Shown here: positions 42,101-55,225 of the stretch, piece by piece
Layout of the letters: each line of letters opens with the position of its first letter
How positions within the stretch are numbered: position 1 is the first letter of the stretch
DNA from: Trichoplax sp. H2
Taxonomy: Eukaryota
Length of the DNA stretch: 64,000 nt
Assembly: GCA_003344405.1 (NCBI GenBank)
Contig: NOWV01000028.1
Coordinates: 186,001 to 250,000, forward strand
Direction: 5' to 3'
Translations under genes and position numbers: made by a program
Notes under the pieces: generated by a model
Told to the model about the DNA's origin: nothing
Database searches by the model: none
Seen by the model: the letters and a program-made list of their open reading frames with translations, nothing else

Positions 42101-45100
42101 CTGCGCTAAACCTGCATAACCAGTAACTAAGCTTCTATTTATCATAAACATAACAAATACAGTTAAATCGTATAATCAAACAATGAAGGACGTATTATTG
42201 CAAAATTTACTTTGCAGCCTCTAGGTAGCTATCGATATCTTCTTCTTCATCTGGTGGTGCCCAAACCTAAATAAACAAACAGTGTATATTCCTATTACTC
42301 ATAGCTAAATAAAATCTTTATAAAATAGTACTTCAATAGTAACGAACCTTAGTCTCATAGGTGTTATCATCATAAGAATCAATCGAAGATATAGGTCTTA
42401 ACTCTGGCAATGCAACCTAAACCGCGAAATACAACATTAACAATCAGCGAAAATATTTACAGCATCACATTAACTCTAAGTTGTATGCAGATGAAAGTTC
42501 TCCTATGGAGGATGAAACAATCAATACGATTATAATTACCTGATGGCTTGGTCCTATACGAATTTCCCCTTGTGTATTAGCTAAACGTCTATCAACCAGA
42601 TATCACAATATTATCAAACAATGCGACTAGGAATAGTCATGGAAATTAAATTCGATAAATTATCTATAAAATTTACTAACCTAGTTTCTGGATTATAACC
42701 ATATATATAGAAAAATGTATCTGGCTTGGACACCATGTCACGAAGACTATTTACATCTGGCATTTGTTCTACATCACATTTTCCTCTACAATAGCAATGG
42801 AAAGATACGAAGTATGAATTTAAAATTTCGATATGCAATGATAGCAATGTGTTAATCAACTCTTGCAACCAACCTTAACGCCGAGGCAGGGAACATATCT
42901 TTGGTATTTGAAGAAAATAATTCCCTTTGCTTAACAGAAAGTTCATTTAGAACACGATGGAGACCATCTGTTCCTCCATTATCTGCATCACGATCTTGCC
43001 TTAACGTGTGATAAACTGAGTGGGGGACTTCCGAAGAGCGGTAGTACCATTGAACTGTTACTTGTAAGCATTGCTTTGTCTATAAAGTAAGACAATGGCA
43101 CAATAATTTAATATCATAAAATTGATATAAAATTTTACAACTTTGATTATTAACCACGTAAGGCTATCAATTATCGATCTAAGTCTTTATAGTACTGTAC
43201 TAAAAATTGTAGCTAACAGAAAAAAGTATATCCAATAGTAAAAAATTATAATACAATAATTAGAAAAACTAAATCGCAATTTGCTTGTTATTCCATTTTA
43301 AGAATATCAGTTACTATCAAGAAAATTAAATATTTCTAATAAAACAGAAATAACTCATGACTTTCAATTAATTGTATTGATAGTTTATGTATCAACAGTA
43401 ACGTTGATTGAGTTTAACTTCGCCTTGTCTAAGACGACTAAAGACAGTATTAATAGCATAAACAGTAAACGGAAAAATAGAAAAAGGAAAGAAGTCATTA
43501 TTAATCGTCCTATGATGCAACGATAATCCATATCCGTTATCGATAAGACTTTACGATGACAATACAATATATGACAAAGTATTCCAACTCTTATCTTGGT
43601 ATTAATCTTGACTGAAGACTACTGTCACTCAAATCGCTTTATTACAACTACTATCTCGGACGGTAATATTCATATCGTTTAGTATGATAGTTTTTTCAAT
43701 GTAAGAGAAATCAATTGCAAACAGGCCTCAATTCGCGCTACTGAATTACAGGTACAATGTTATAGGCATTAGTATGTATGAACTAATAAATCAAGCAAAA
43801 AGCATCAATATTGGTGATACTATAGCAGCGCTTATAAAGATATTTGTCATCATCATTTTAACAGAAGTAACATTACTTGTACTGCACAGCATAACAATTA
43901 ATAATAACTCTAACATAATTCACTATTATAATTTTTATATATTGTACCAATATCTGCTTAATTTTTAACAGAAACAACTTAAGTCGTCCTAAATGTACAG
44001 TATGGGTTATTACCGAATCTAAAATAATTCTTATTATAATTAATATTGTTATTATTTAATTGCAATAAGTTAAATTCCAAATATTTTACAACATACCATA
44101 TGAAATTCTTTAATACTACAAATGTAATAAGGCTGATCGACGCGTTGATTTTCGATGTAAGCACAATCTGTAAATGGAAAATACAATTAAGAATACATGA
44201 CTATTTCGTTTTTGAAAACCTCTTGCATTACCATTTATCTAGGCGATTTAATCATTTTGAGATCAGAATGATAAAAATTTTAAATATCAAGGTAAAACTC
44301 AGTCAAGCGAATTCTACTAGAAAAGTATAAGGTAAATATAAACAGCGTAGAATATGAACAGTTTTAAAAGATAACCCCCCCCCCGTTCAATCATAAAACC
44401 ACTGATGTAAATCAACTTGTAAAATTGCAAAATATTCAGTTGGTTAATACTGAAAATTATCTCTATAATTGATCCAATACTGCACAGTACCAATATTATC
44501 GAGATGATGACGTGATCTAAGAATTACAAAGCTTAATATTTTAATATTAAAGCGATTTAAAATATGGTAGGATAACTCTTTTCACTGCTAATGCAAGTAC
44601 AGTAGATATACGTCATATACCATACTATAGCTGTATCAAAGCACTACAACGAACTACACAATGTTTCTTATATTAAGCATACAAACGGAAAAAAATGTAT
44701 CGAGTTTACGGTGCAGTAATTTGAAACGTCCATTGTACATGTAAGATAGTAACTGATTTCATTTAGCAATCAATAATATAATTCATGATTGTAACTGGAT
44801 GTAGGTACAAAGATTGAACCAAATTTACACAAAATCTGCTCAACTGCAGGACGTCCGTCTATTATGATAATCACTGTTCCTTTACGCTCGAAGAAAAGTT
44901 TGATTTCACAATATCATTCATGTTGAATTGAAGTAAGGAAATACAGTAAGATTATGTCATCAATTATACAATATGTCCCCCCTCCAAAAGAAGAAATTAA
45001 CAACAGAATTACGTTTTTTAGGAAATTGTTCATTAAACCCTTCAATATAACTCAATGAAACAGTGACAGTATTATTATGCGCTCGGACAATATGGAATAA

Positions 45101-48100
45101 GTTGAATCAAGATTGCACAACATCATAAATGGTAAAATCTACTCATAAAGTAACAATCTGGAAAAAATCGTAACCCACGATCTAGATTGCCGATGGACAG
45201 CACTTAAGACATTGGAAAATTACACTAATCTTCATGATATCACAGTTTAATACGTTATTACCGACTCCAATTGACTTTCCTCAATAAAGTTGTTTATAGT
45301 CAATAGTTGGATAATGACCATTTTATAAATTCTAAAATACATTTTAAATGTTCTTTGTGAATTGATTACGTAATCAATAACATTCTCAATATTATAATGC
45401 AATTTTATTAGAAATCCTTCATCAACTTCTGTAATTCTATGTCAAAAGCCCGAGATTAAACAATGCTTCCCTATAACATCACGAACAAAAGGCAATCAGT
45501 ACCATTCCAAGTACTTCAATAAAGTAAGCTCTTTGCAAGAAGTCTCCACTGGAATATACTGTAGTCGAATGTTATATCATCAAAATTGTTATGTTGTAGT
45601 CTAAGGGAATGAGTTAAGTTCGAAATAGTTATAATTATTCACTTGGAGTATTAACAATTCAATATCTAGCGCATATGGTAATTAAAGAGAACGGCAGGTG
45701 AATTTTGACAATTTTTTTTTTTCTAATCATTTAACATCAAAGAGAGCATGCGATTGCAATAGTCAATATGATTCTACGGCACATTACAACAGAAAAGGCA
45801 ATTAAGATTTTACAGTAATAATACCATCATGCGTAATATCCCATAGGAAAATAAAGAAACAGGCGTAAAAACTGAAAAGAATATAAAGCCTTAAGCGCTA
45901 ATGTTGTCAATTTGACACGATCAGTTTATACTTCTTCCACTGGTGACGACGAGTTCCATTTTTAATCAGCTTATTACACTACTGGTCTGTGAATAAGATA
46001 CGACTAAGTACTTTCTTTGACTGCACGGCATTGTCGTATACCAGAGTAGATCAGCATAGGCATAGTAATTTTATTTAAAACAGTATCATTAAAAAAGAAA
46101 TGGACGTCCTGTTTTTTTGATTCGTGAAAGGAAGCTAAAGTATCGTCATATCGTTGTATCTTACAGTACCATTTGTCGATTAATGATATACCATAGTTCA
46201 TTAACTTGTACATTAATTGTAGCCTACACTTGTACAATAGCTATCTCCGTCATAAATTACGATAAAAACTTAGTCATATCCTACAGCAATGTACCAGATT
46301 CGATGCCAAAATCTGACGCCATTGAACAACTGGCAAACATTATCATAGTTAACATCAACCAAGTTTTATATATTTTATTTACATTTTATTCTACAGTAGA
46401 AAGACTAAACTCATGATTTAGCCTAGAAATAGTTTAATAACATTTCATCGATTCTACTGGACCGTAGAGTGTACACTCATGAATTCTATTATTTCACTTT
46501 CTTATCTAACTCATACTCTCCCGTATGATAAAACTAACGTCCGCAGTCAATTGCTTTCGAAATTAAGACAGTAATGCTTTTAAATTTGACCCCAAACATC
46601 CAACAACACTCATAGTCCAAATCAACAATAATGCTAAATGATGGAAAAAAATACACGATCTATACCAGTCGATGATATTATTGAATCCTATATTGAAAGT
46701 ATCGTATGATAGAACTACAGTGTGTTGTAAATTGGGGATCGACTTTGGATTAAGATACTTTTTAAAACATATCAGTCATTCAAGTTTTGCATAATATTTC
46801 GGAAAAGTTAATAAAAGACTCTACAACTTGACGGTAATATTACTATTTTTTAATTAAAGGTTATTCCACTGTCTGATAATTAAGATTACAATAGGATTGT
46901 ATTTGGGTAGGCGATTTTCGTCAAGATAGTGACAAAGACAGATAACCTGTCTATTAATCAAGATTATCGGAAGAATGTTGCCAGTAGATGATGTCATTTA
47001 AGGACATTAAAGAAAGGCGGCGAAAGTAAAAGCAGTCAAGCTGACAAGTTTGCCCTAGTGCACCTCTAGCTCGTTATAAATATTCACAAGTCAAAATTAC
47101 AACTTTTGCTATAAAATACAGTACAATAAATCAGTAGCGTAGAGAGGGATTACGTGTATCCCAATGATAGCCTATTTGATCATTCAACGTTTAAAGGATG
47201 ATAAAATCGCTTTTGGTACAAGTCAGCGACTTGAAAAATTCACACTAAAATCTTAACACATTTATATATTTACTAGATGATCATTGTAAAATAGTCTCAT
47301 AACACTATTATTCCTGTTATGACAAATTGAACTTGTGTGTTATGTAGAGAGAAGAATTTCTCTTCTATTAACTTAATATAGTCATCTGTAATAGCTTTGG
47401 CATAAGGACAATTTTAGAATAACTTTATCAACTGTTTCCTGTATGAGTGATTGTCAGTGTCAAATGAGGCAGCAAAAAAAGAAGTTCAAACTCGATGGCA
47501 TAGAGTTCATGTATACGGGTGTCAAAAATGCTGTGGAAATTTTCTTTCAGACAGATCGTCTTTTCACTGTTTCTTTTTGATTCCATCACTCATACGTCAT
47601 AGAATTATTTATTTCAAAATTCACCAGCAAACTATTTAATGGAAAAAATTATAACCCAGTACACTAGAGATAAGATAATACTCGAGACTGCATAGAATAG
47701 AATAAAACTGCAAAGTCCAGTTAAATTCAACTTTAAAGTCATATTCCATTGGCAGTGGCCAAAGTTAAACACGTAGCCAATCTAAGTACTAAAGTATATA
47801 TTCCTAGATATTATACACTTCATTAAAATTAGGATCAAGTCTAGCATATGGACTATACAGTATACACTACAGTACATGATTGATAAAACTGTTATGTAAA
47901 CTGTTTGTAAAAATCAATACTGTAGGGACAATCATTCCTACGCTGCATAATATAACATCGGTTACAGCACAAGCAACCAATAAACATACTTTAGGATCGA
48001 ATGATCACCTTTAATTAATTCAAAGTAGAATAAGATTAATAGCAATTGCATACGAATGGATAAAACAACCTAATGGGAAGTAAAGGGGGGGGGAAATAAT

Positions 48101-50619
48101 CATGGTTCAAAAAGCGTTTAAAACTACGATCTCAAGTGTTCTACATTGCACACGGACTCTAATTTTAACCCATTTGCAATCATCTACGGTAGGACAGACC
48201 AATCTGTTAATTAATTCAATTTAATTCAACTACCCCATAACATCCTAGACTGTAGTATCCTGAACGTTACCAAGACTGTATTTACTCATGTAAAGTAAAG
48301 GGAGTCCAATGGTAATTTGCTTTATCCTTGCACAATCAAAACTGATTGCGTTCGGTTTAGTCATTGTAGTTAATTTGGGTTAAGGCCGCACTCATAGTTA
48401 TGCGGTAGTGCACATAATTATCCGTGCGTCGTAAAGTAAACCTTTACAGTGGTACGTCTGGTAAACAATAACTGACGATCTATTGCATAGTAGGTAACTT
48501 GAAATTCCCGATTTTAAAGAAAAAGCATGACAAAAAATTACAAAATCAAGTCAACTGTGAATATAGGCTATTGCAGAAAGAGAAAAATTATTTTTTGCAT
48601 TTATCAAATTATCAATTATCGTCCAGTTATCAGCTTCATAATATGCTAAGACAATTGGAAGCAGTACTAGAGAAAAGATGCCATATCATAAAGGCAGCGA
48701 ATTTATTACTGCAATGTGTAAGTCTTAATATAAAAAAGTCTAGGCTTAAATGCCAAATTAATCCATTCGTGTTGAATAAATGTGCGCCTCTTCATATTAA
48801 GACTTTCAAAACTGTAAATACTACCAGTCGTATTTTTTTAGTTCATTTCATCTAAGATCACGTAGCCAACCAATATGGCCATTATTTCCGTTGTTAACAT
48901 TACCAAAACTAAATTCCTATGCAATATTATGTTAGCATGAAGATCGAGATCAACGTTCGATTACGTCCATACTCATAAGACTATATACTGTAGGCCGTTT
49001 TATCCTCCCAAAATTCAATTCTTTCTTGCTCTATAATCATCTAAGTACGAAAGCGTACCAACACACTATGCGATTGATAATTCTAAAATATTGCATACGT
49101 GTGACTACACAAGCGCAATTTTATCATCATGTACAGTTGAAAATGTCGTGAATCCGACGATATTGATTTGGTATACTGTAAGTACCTTAAAGTGAGAATT
49201 TAATCCTTTGATACATCGTACAAAATTATTGTTACAAATAATGTGCACTGCAGTACATTGAGTAAGTTAACTGATATCAACTCTATAGATATCATGATTA
49301 CTAATCCATTATGGTACACGGCATTGCACAAATGTAGAATGGACGAAGAATGAAATGCAGAAATTCGTAGTTGACAGGACAGTACAGTAATATGTACGTC
49401 GGGGCAAGTCTTTTACCAATCGATAGGTAAAATTCAAAACTTTACAGTTAAATAGACAGCAGTACGTTGAGAAAGTCTCTTTTTCAACAGATGTGAAAAC
49501 AAAGTACCGTAGAGTAGATCGACTAAAGGTATTAATTACACATAATTGCTACCACTAGCAAGCACTTCCAATACGGCCACAAGCTGTGATCTCATTCTAT
49601 CCAAATCCAGATTGTTAAGATTCTCACTGCGATCGTTTATTAACGACAGACGTATCTTAGCCGTTCCATCCTGCTGTTTACTAGTCAATAATAATTGCCT
49701 ACGATAGTCCGATCACCAAGTGTAAAAAATACATTAATGTAAATGACTATCATTGAAGTCAGGATAGTAGACTAGATACTAGACTTTCTATCATCAATTT
49801 TTCTACCCTGTAACGTCAGGATAATTCGATTGAATGAGAAAAGATGATAAGAGGTGAAAAAAAAAATAATTTACAGCGGATAATTATCCAAAATACTCAA
49901 AAGTGCAATCAATCTTGTACTACCGGCAAGGAAAAATAGGCTAGAAGTCAGTGGAAGGAAGGTTTTTGACGACAAGCAAGGAGATAAAACAAGATTATTC
50001 AGAATGAAATCTTGTTGACGTGATACAATTGAAAGATTGATCACAGATACTTGATTGACTTTCTACCCGCAGAAATTATACGCATACTTTCAATCAGAAA
50101 TTGATTGATACAAATATGGACAAAAAAAAGAAAATTAAGTAAAGAAATGAAATTTGATCGTAAGATTGGTGAATGGCAAAAATAGGGGAAAAAAAAAAGA
50201 TTATTAATAGTTCATTACTCTTTGAAGGGGAAGTCACGATGAAAAGAGATTAGCAAACACTTTTTTTGCTTACCTCCCGGTTTGTAATAAACGTCGTCAT
50301 CAGAAGTATAGGTTAAAGAATTAACTTTGGCATTACTATTCTTTTTGGATGGACGATCTTCTCCTTTCCTTTCCGTTAATTTTCTCTCATTCCTAAAATG
50401 GGATTGAACATGATCGACGTCTTCGCCGCTATCTTCCCTACGGCAAGCTAGTTTGCCATTACTTGCGCTCGGTTTGTTAATACGAAAACCATTGATAGCA
50501 TGATTGGATTTGCAGGTATTTTCTTGAATAGTATTCTCGGCGGTCTTGACTATACATGTCGTCTCGTTAACAATTCCATTCACAGGCGAAGAAGGCTCTT
50601 GCTTCATAGCATTAGCCAT
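39110..50619 (-). CDS. RERE: RERE / atrophin-2 (EGL-27-like) transcriptional co-repressor: BAH, ELM2, SANT, GATA zinc finger, atrophin motif; 16 coding exons, 1010 aa
   Basis: Exons: 50274-50619, 44097-44167, 42874-43079, 42681-42785, 42540-42588, 42348-42416, 42211-42266, 42074-42134, 41931-41969, 41740-41838, 41546-41626, 41256-41397, 40866-41140, 40456-40767, 40041-40370, 39110-39901. All introns are GT-AG; total 3033 nt, open throughout. Peptides: YYKPG|DCAYIENQRVDQPYYICSI, WYYRSSEVP, FFYIYGYNPETRRLANTQGEIRIGPSHQ, KRFVKGLRLYGKNFHRIRKEL, DLIEFYYHWKKT, CRHCYSTTSRSWHH..LCDDCRIYFKKYG, SARFVKRL...SARTDLSFTPL. Confidence 0.93.
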
Positions 50620-50730
50620 TACGCTACAAAGGTTTGTAACCTAGTTAATCATGAATTGAATCCAGATTTAGTGAAGTCTTGCAAGTAGAAAGTTTTGTAT
50701 CGCAATCGCGATCTCAACGATTACTTAGCT

Positions 50731-50733
<3 letters not shown>

Positions 50734-50760
<27 letters not shown>
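50734..50760. repeat. (AAT)n microsatellite upstream of the RERE start codon
   Basis: taataataataataataataataataa. Confidence 0.9.
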
Positions 50761-50762
<2 letters not shown>

Positions 50763-52629
50763 ATAGGTAATATCAAGGTAAGAGAGAAAAAGTCCAGATA
50801 CCGAAAATCGTTGGATCAAGTGAAGCAATGTTGTACTCTATCCTACTGTCCTATACCGTACTGTACCTGACTGGAATCTCGATAACTGCCAAACAAACAA
50901 TCAGCTATTTCAAATGATGAAATGTTCTTTTCCAATAACTCCACTATTACTATCTACTGTCTATCTTTCACTGCTAGTGTTCTCTCTCCAATTCTTTTCT
51001 CCTTCAACAATGACCAACTGTATATATTCTCATACCGTTGTTTTTCCCTCTTGCCCCCCGTTTCAAAAAAAAAATAAAATAATATAATAAAATTAGGAGC
51101 TACTTTTTCTTGGCTTGACTTGATTCTTATTAAACAAAACTGAACTCAATCCCGATAACACCGCTGCTCGATCAGACAATCAAATTCTAATTAATACTGT
51201 GTCAGTTGTTTACTAACAGTGAAAGTCGCGAAAGCAAAACTGCAATCATTGCCGATCGACATCGATGCATAACGATCAAGGAAATACCGCTTGATCCTAT
51301 CATCATCAAGTCGGTATACTAGGTACATCGATGTCTATTGGTATCCAAATTCGTAGAATGGATGAAAAAAAAATAATGATGCTGATGATAGTCTAAAATG
51401 ATACAGCACTTTCATGTTATCGTCCTGTAGAGCAGTTGGATCGTCTCTAGTATTTGTACTATTTACCTATTTATTGTCGACTTGAAATTGAATTTGGAAC
51501 TTTGATTTCTTTTTTTATTTTTTCTTTCTGAATAGTGATCGCAGTAGGCTACTACAATTTTACAGTAGAATCCAAGAGAGATAAACGATCAAGTTGAATG
51601 GCAAATTGGTTAGCAAAGTGATTCTGTATCCACTCAATGCAATGTTGTCTACGGCGTCAACCTAGGATAATTTGATGAGATTGAGACAACATTGAATACG
51701 TTAAGCAAATAGTAAAAGCAAACGATAAAATGGACAAAACGATTGAGATCAACAGAGGAAGAATAAATGCCCTAATACAATATATGATGAATAGAATGGT
51801 ATTCAAAGTCAAGAAAATAGGCATCGATGGTCAATGAATATACGATTAGTATTGTATTACCTATGAAAATGGGTCTACAAAGTGACAGTAAAAAGTTGAA
51901 AAATAGAAAATGTTGTCGTCTACAATACGTTGATTTCATTCTCACGCTTTGCAACTCGTTGACTAGTGAGATTATCACTTTGTCTTACTGAGTGATATTT
52001 TCATCTTGGCAAGACACGATCTGCTACAATCTCCTACTTTAATCAGTCGTCTTCTACTATATATAAATTGTCCAGTGGGCAAGATAATCAACTCAAGCAG
52101 TGAATCAAAATAACAATTATAACCGGATCATGATTGGCAACAGTAACATCATGTTCAAATCAGCGTCTATTCAACTGACTGGCTAAAAACGACTCTTCAA
52201 TAAGCTTGCAACACTTGACGGCAATAACATGTACAATTTTTTTTTTTTCACCTCTTTCTCTCACTCATCCTTTTCATTTTTTCAACTCCATTGCTATGTT
52301 GTACTCAAATAACATTAGTACGGTTGAAAGAATGCATTGAAAATTCATTGATGCAAGTCCAGTGGAAAAGGCAACTTGTCTTTGAAACAAGTCAAGATAG
52401 GGATACCAAAATTTCAAAAAAAAATACCAATCAAAGGGCTAAAAATGATAACACGACAACACGTAGTAAAGAGAAAGAGGGAAAACACCATTGAAAAATC
52501 CACTGCAATTGCACTGTGAAAAAACGAAAAAATGGCGAGAGAAAAGTCTTTGGGAACTTACACTGTCCAAAGAAATTAATGACACACAATCTTGATCCAG
52601 TGTGTCATCAAAGCGATCGAACAGGAGGA

Positions 52630-55225
52630 CAGTGTACTGTATGAGAGAATAGCAGCAATTGTGACAGTAGAGTACTTACAGTATCAAGTCGTCATGTTTC
52701 CAGTATGCAGTTGGAGATAAACTGAACGATACAGCTTTTCGACTCGTCTTGATCGACTGACCAGTACAGTACACTATGGTACTGTACCGAAATGGAGGTA
52801 ATGACTGATTTCAGTCTCGTTCCACGTCTCTTTCAATCTGACTCTACTGTACTACGTTTGACTGTTGGTGTGCGTGACCCTGCTCAAGTGCACGGCTGCG
52901 TAGGATACTTTGACCTATTTATATCCCTGGTACGATGGATACTGTACAGTGTACAGTACGTGACGACTGCTGTACTGTACTGTACACTGTAGAGTGGAGA
53001 CTCTACGGTGTGTGAATTTCAACATAAAATGTTGACTTTTGTATGTAAATAAACACGCTTTTCAATCTTGTATAGTACAGCCCAGTACAGCACAGTACTG
53101 TACAGTACCATCTCTTCCAATCCGGCTGTTCTCAAATGACTGTGGGAAACGTCACGTGAACTGAACTGCGCAAGTGCAAATTCCATTCATCATGACATTT
53201 GAAAACATTGGAAACATTTAAAAGGACAGAAACGTTGGCGATGTGGTGGAAAGAACAAATATGCAAAATGACGAAAAATTCACTCAATCTGTACTACAAA
53301 TGAGTCAAATAGATAAAATATCCCTTATAATCGTTGCCCTTTTAATCAACACGTCTCCATAACTTTTCAAGGCAATCAGATAGAAATAGGGACTGAAAGT
53401 GATCATCCATTAGTGCTGTGTGTACACTAGACTTCCTAGAAACTTTCTAGCCATTCTGCTTCATTATTGGCTAACCAATTGTGTAGCGAATGCTGTGATG
53501 GTTATTATTGTTTTCCTTTGTCACTTTAACAAGTTAGTAGTGCGACCCTCATTCATCGACAATCAAGACAAAGAGATTAAAACAATAGCTTCCACGCTAA
53601 ATATAAATCTCAATAATAATAATTCCATGCTTGACAAACTTGAACAACTTGTTGACCAATTGCAGTCAATGGCGATACAGTAGACAACAATAATCTGGAT
53701 GTAAGAAGATTGGACAACGTTACATCTCTTCTCAGTTGCACGTGTCAAAATCAGTTAGTAAGCGGAAATTTGTACCGTAATTGGCGGCCCCAGTGGGCCT
53801 AAGAAGCATACGCTAGTCACTCAGTGGTACACAGCCTTTTGTATGCTATGGTATAGCTTGCATCGTCGTCTAGCCTACAGTATATAGTACAGTACAGTAC
53901 ACCGGCGATCAACTTGGCCTTCTACTGCAATGGAGGCCAAATTGGCCCCCATTGTTGAAGATTCATCAAGGACAAAGTTAAAATTCTGATGGCTTGCAAA
54001 CCCTAGTTGAAATCGGATGAATTCCTTAATGCGTGATCATGCAGTAGTATCATTCAATTTCCACACTTTCAATAGTGCAATGATGGATCTCGATAGTGGA
54101 TCAAGACAATTTAGACATCAATTGGAACTCATATCAGGGGTATCAGCCTACTGATAATAAAAAAAATTCAACACTGATATGATATCAAATACCATCGCTA
54201 CAACAATGAACTTCCTTCATCCAATTAGCCTATACAGACTACTCGATTAGCAACTGGGACTTGGAATCAAAAGAACACAAAATCCAGTTTACTCCATTTA
54301 CATCTTGGATTAATGGATCGTTTTGTTCCAATAATGATAGTATCGAGAAATCAATCATCGCATTTTGCAAATGAGCGATGACACTAAATCACCCTTAAAT
54401 GGAGATATTCATGCTAATGATGTTTTTATAGAAAGAGTAATGACGTCGCAAACGCATATTTGGTAACAAATTCGCTTTATACGTAGACAGTTCTATCGAT
54501 AAATAGGATAACATCATGGGTAATGTTAACTTGTCATTACTGGTTAAACAATGAGTGATGAACAAGTAAGTAATCAGTGAGAACCGATTCCATGGGTCGA
54601 CTCGATACTTGCACAGGAGGCCGATTTCACAAGACGCAATGTTAAAAAAGCTATGCTTAGAAAAATTCCATATCATGCGATAGGACACCGTAGTTAATCC
54701 CGCTGAGTTTCATAAACATTTAGAAACGGGATGAATTAAGTTGGAAACATGGCATGATATAGAATTATCTAAGCATGACATTTATTAACTTTGTGCTTCT
54801 GGTCCGATCCACTGACCTTCAGTATTGTGCAATGTACTGTACCAGCAAAGGGTACAATATATGCTAACAGAAAATGTCGAAACTCAATTCAGTCATCATT
54901 TACAACTAGGTAGCTTGTGAACGGCATACCAAATTTCAATTGATCGATACAATACTAATTTCTGAATTTTCCCAAATAGTAAGAACGGGGTAGACTGGTT
55001 AGAAAACTAACATCATCAATATTAATTATTCCCTAATTTAGAATTGGATCGATAAGAACATTAACTACCTTATCTTGAATAGAGAGTAAACCTAGTGTTA
55101 GCTTTGCAGTTACAGTATATCTCATATTGTACAGTACAATGTACAAAACCTAACCCTGTACAGTATACAGTACAGTACAGTACTATACTGTACAGTACAC
55201 TAGTATAAAGTACTGTACTGTACAC
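52630..55225. repeat. Clusters of (CAGTA)n/(TACTG)n pentamer runs
   Basis: Runs at ~52760-52790, 52940-52990, 53075-53108, 53876-53900 and 55111-55222. Confidence 0.85.

Noticed and set aside
48445..48465. TA-CAGTGGTAC resembling a pogo/Tigger terminal repeat
   Set aside because: No matching inverted partner was found nearby.
46004..48855. Short ORFs in the RERE first coding intron (46004, 46117, 47451, 48499)
   Set aside because: AT-rich random-like translations, mostly non-ATG starts, no domains.
53420..53683. 87-aa plus-strand ORF with a hydrophobic stretch and a short coiled-coil-like end
   Set aside because: GTG start, no recognisable domain, no supporting exon chain.
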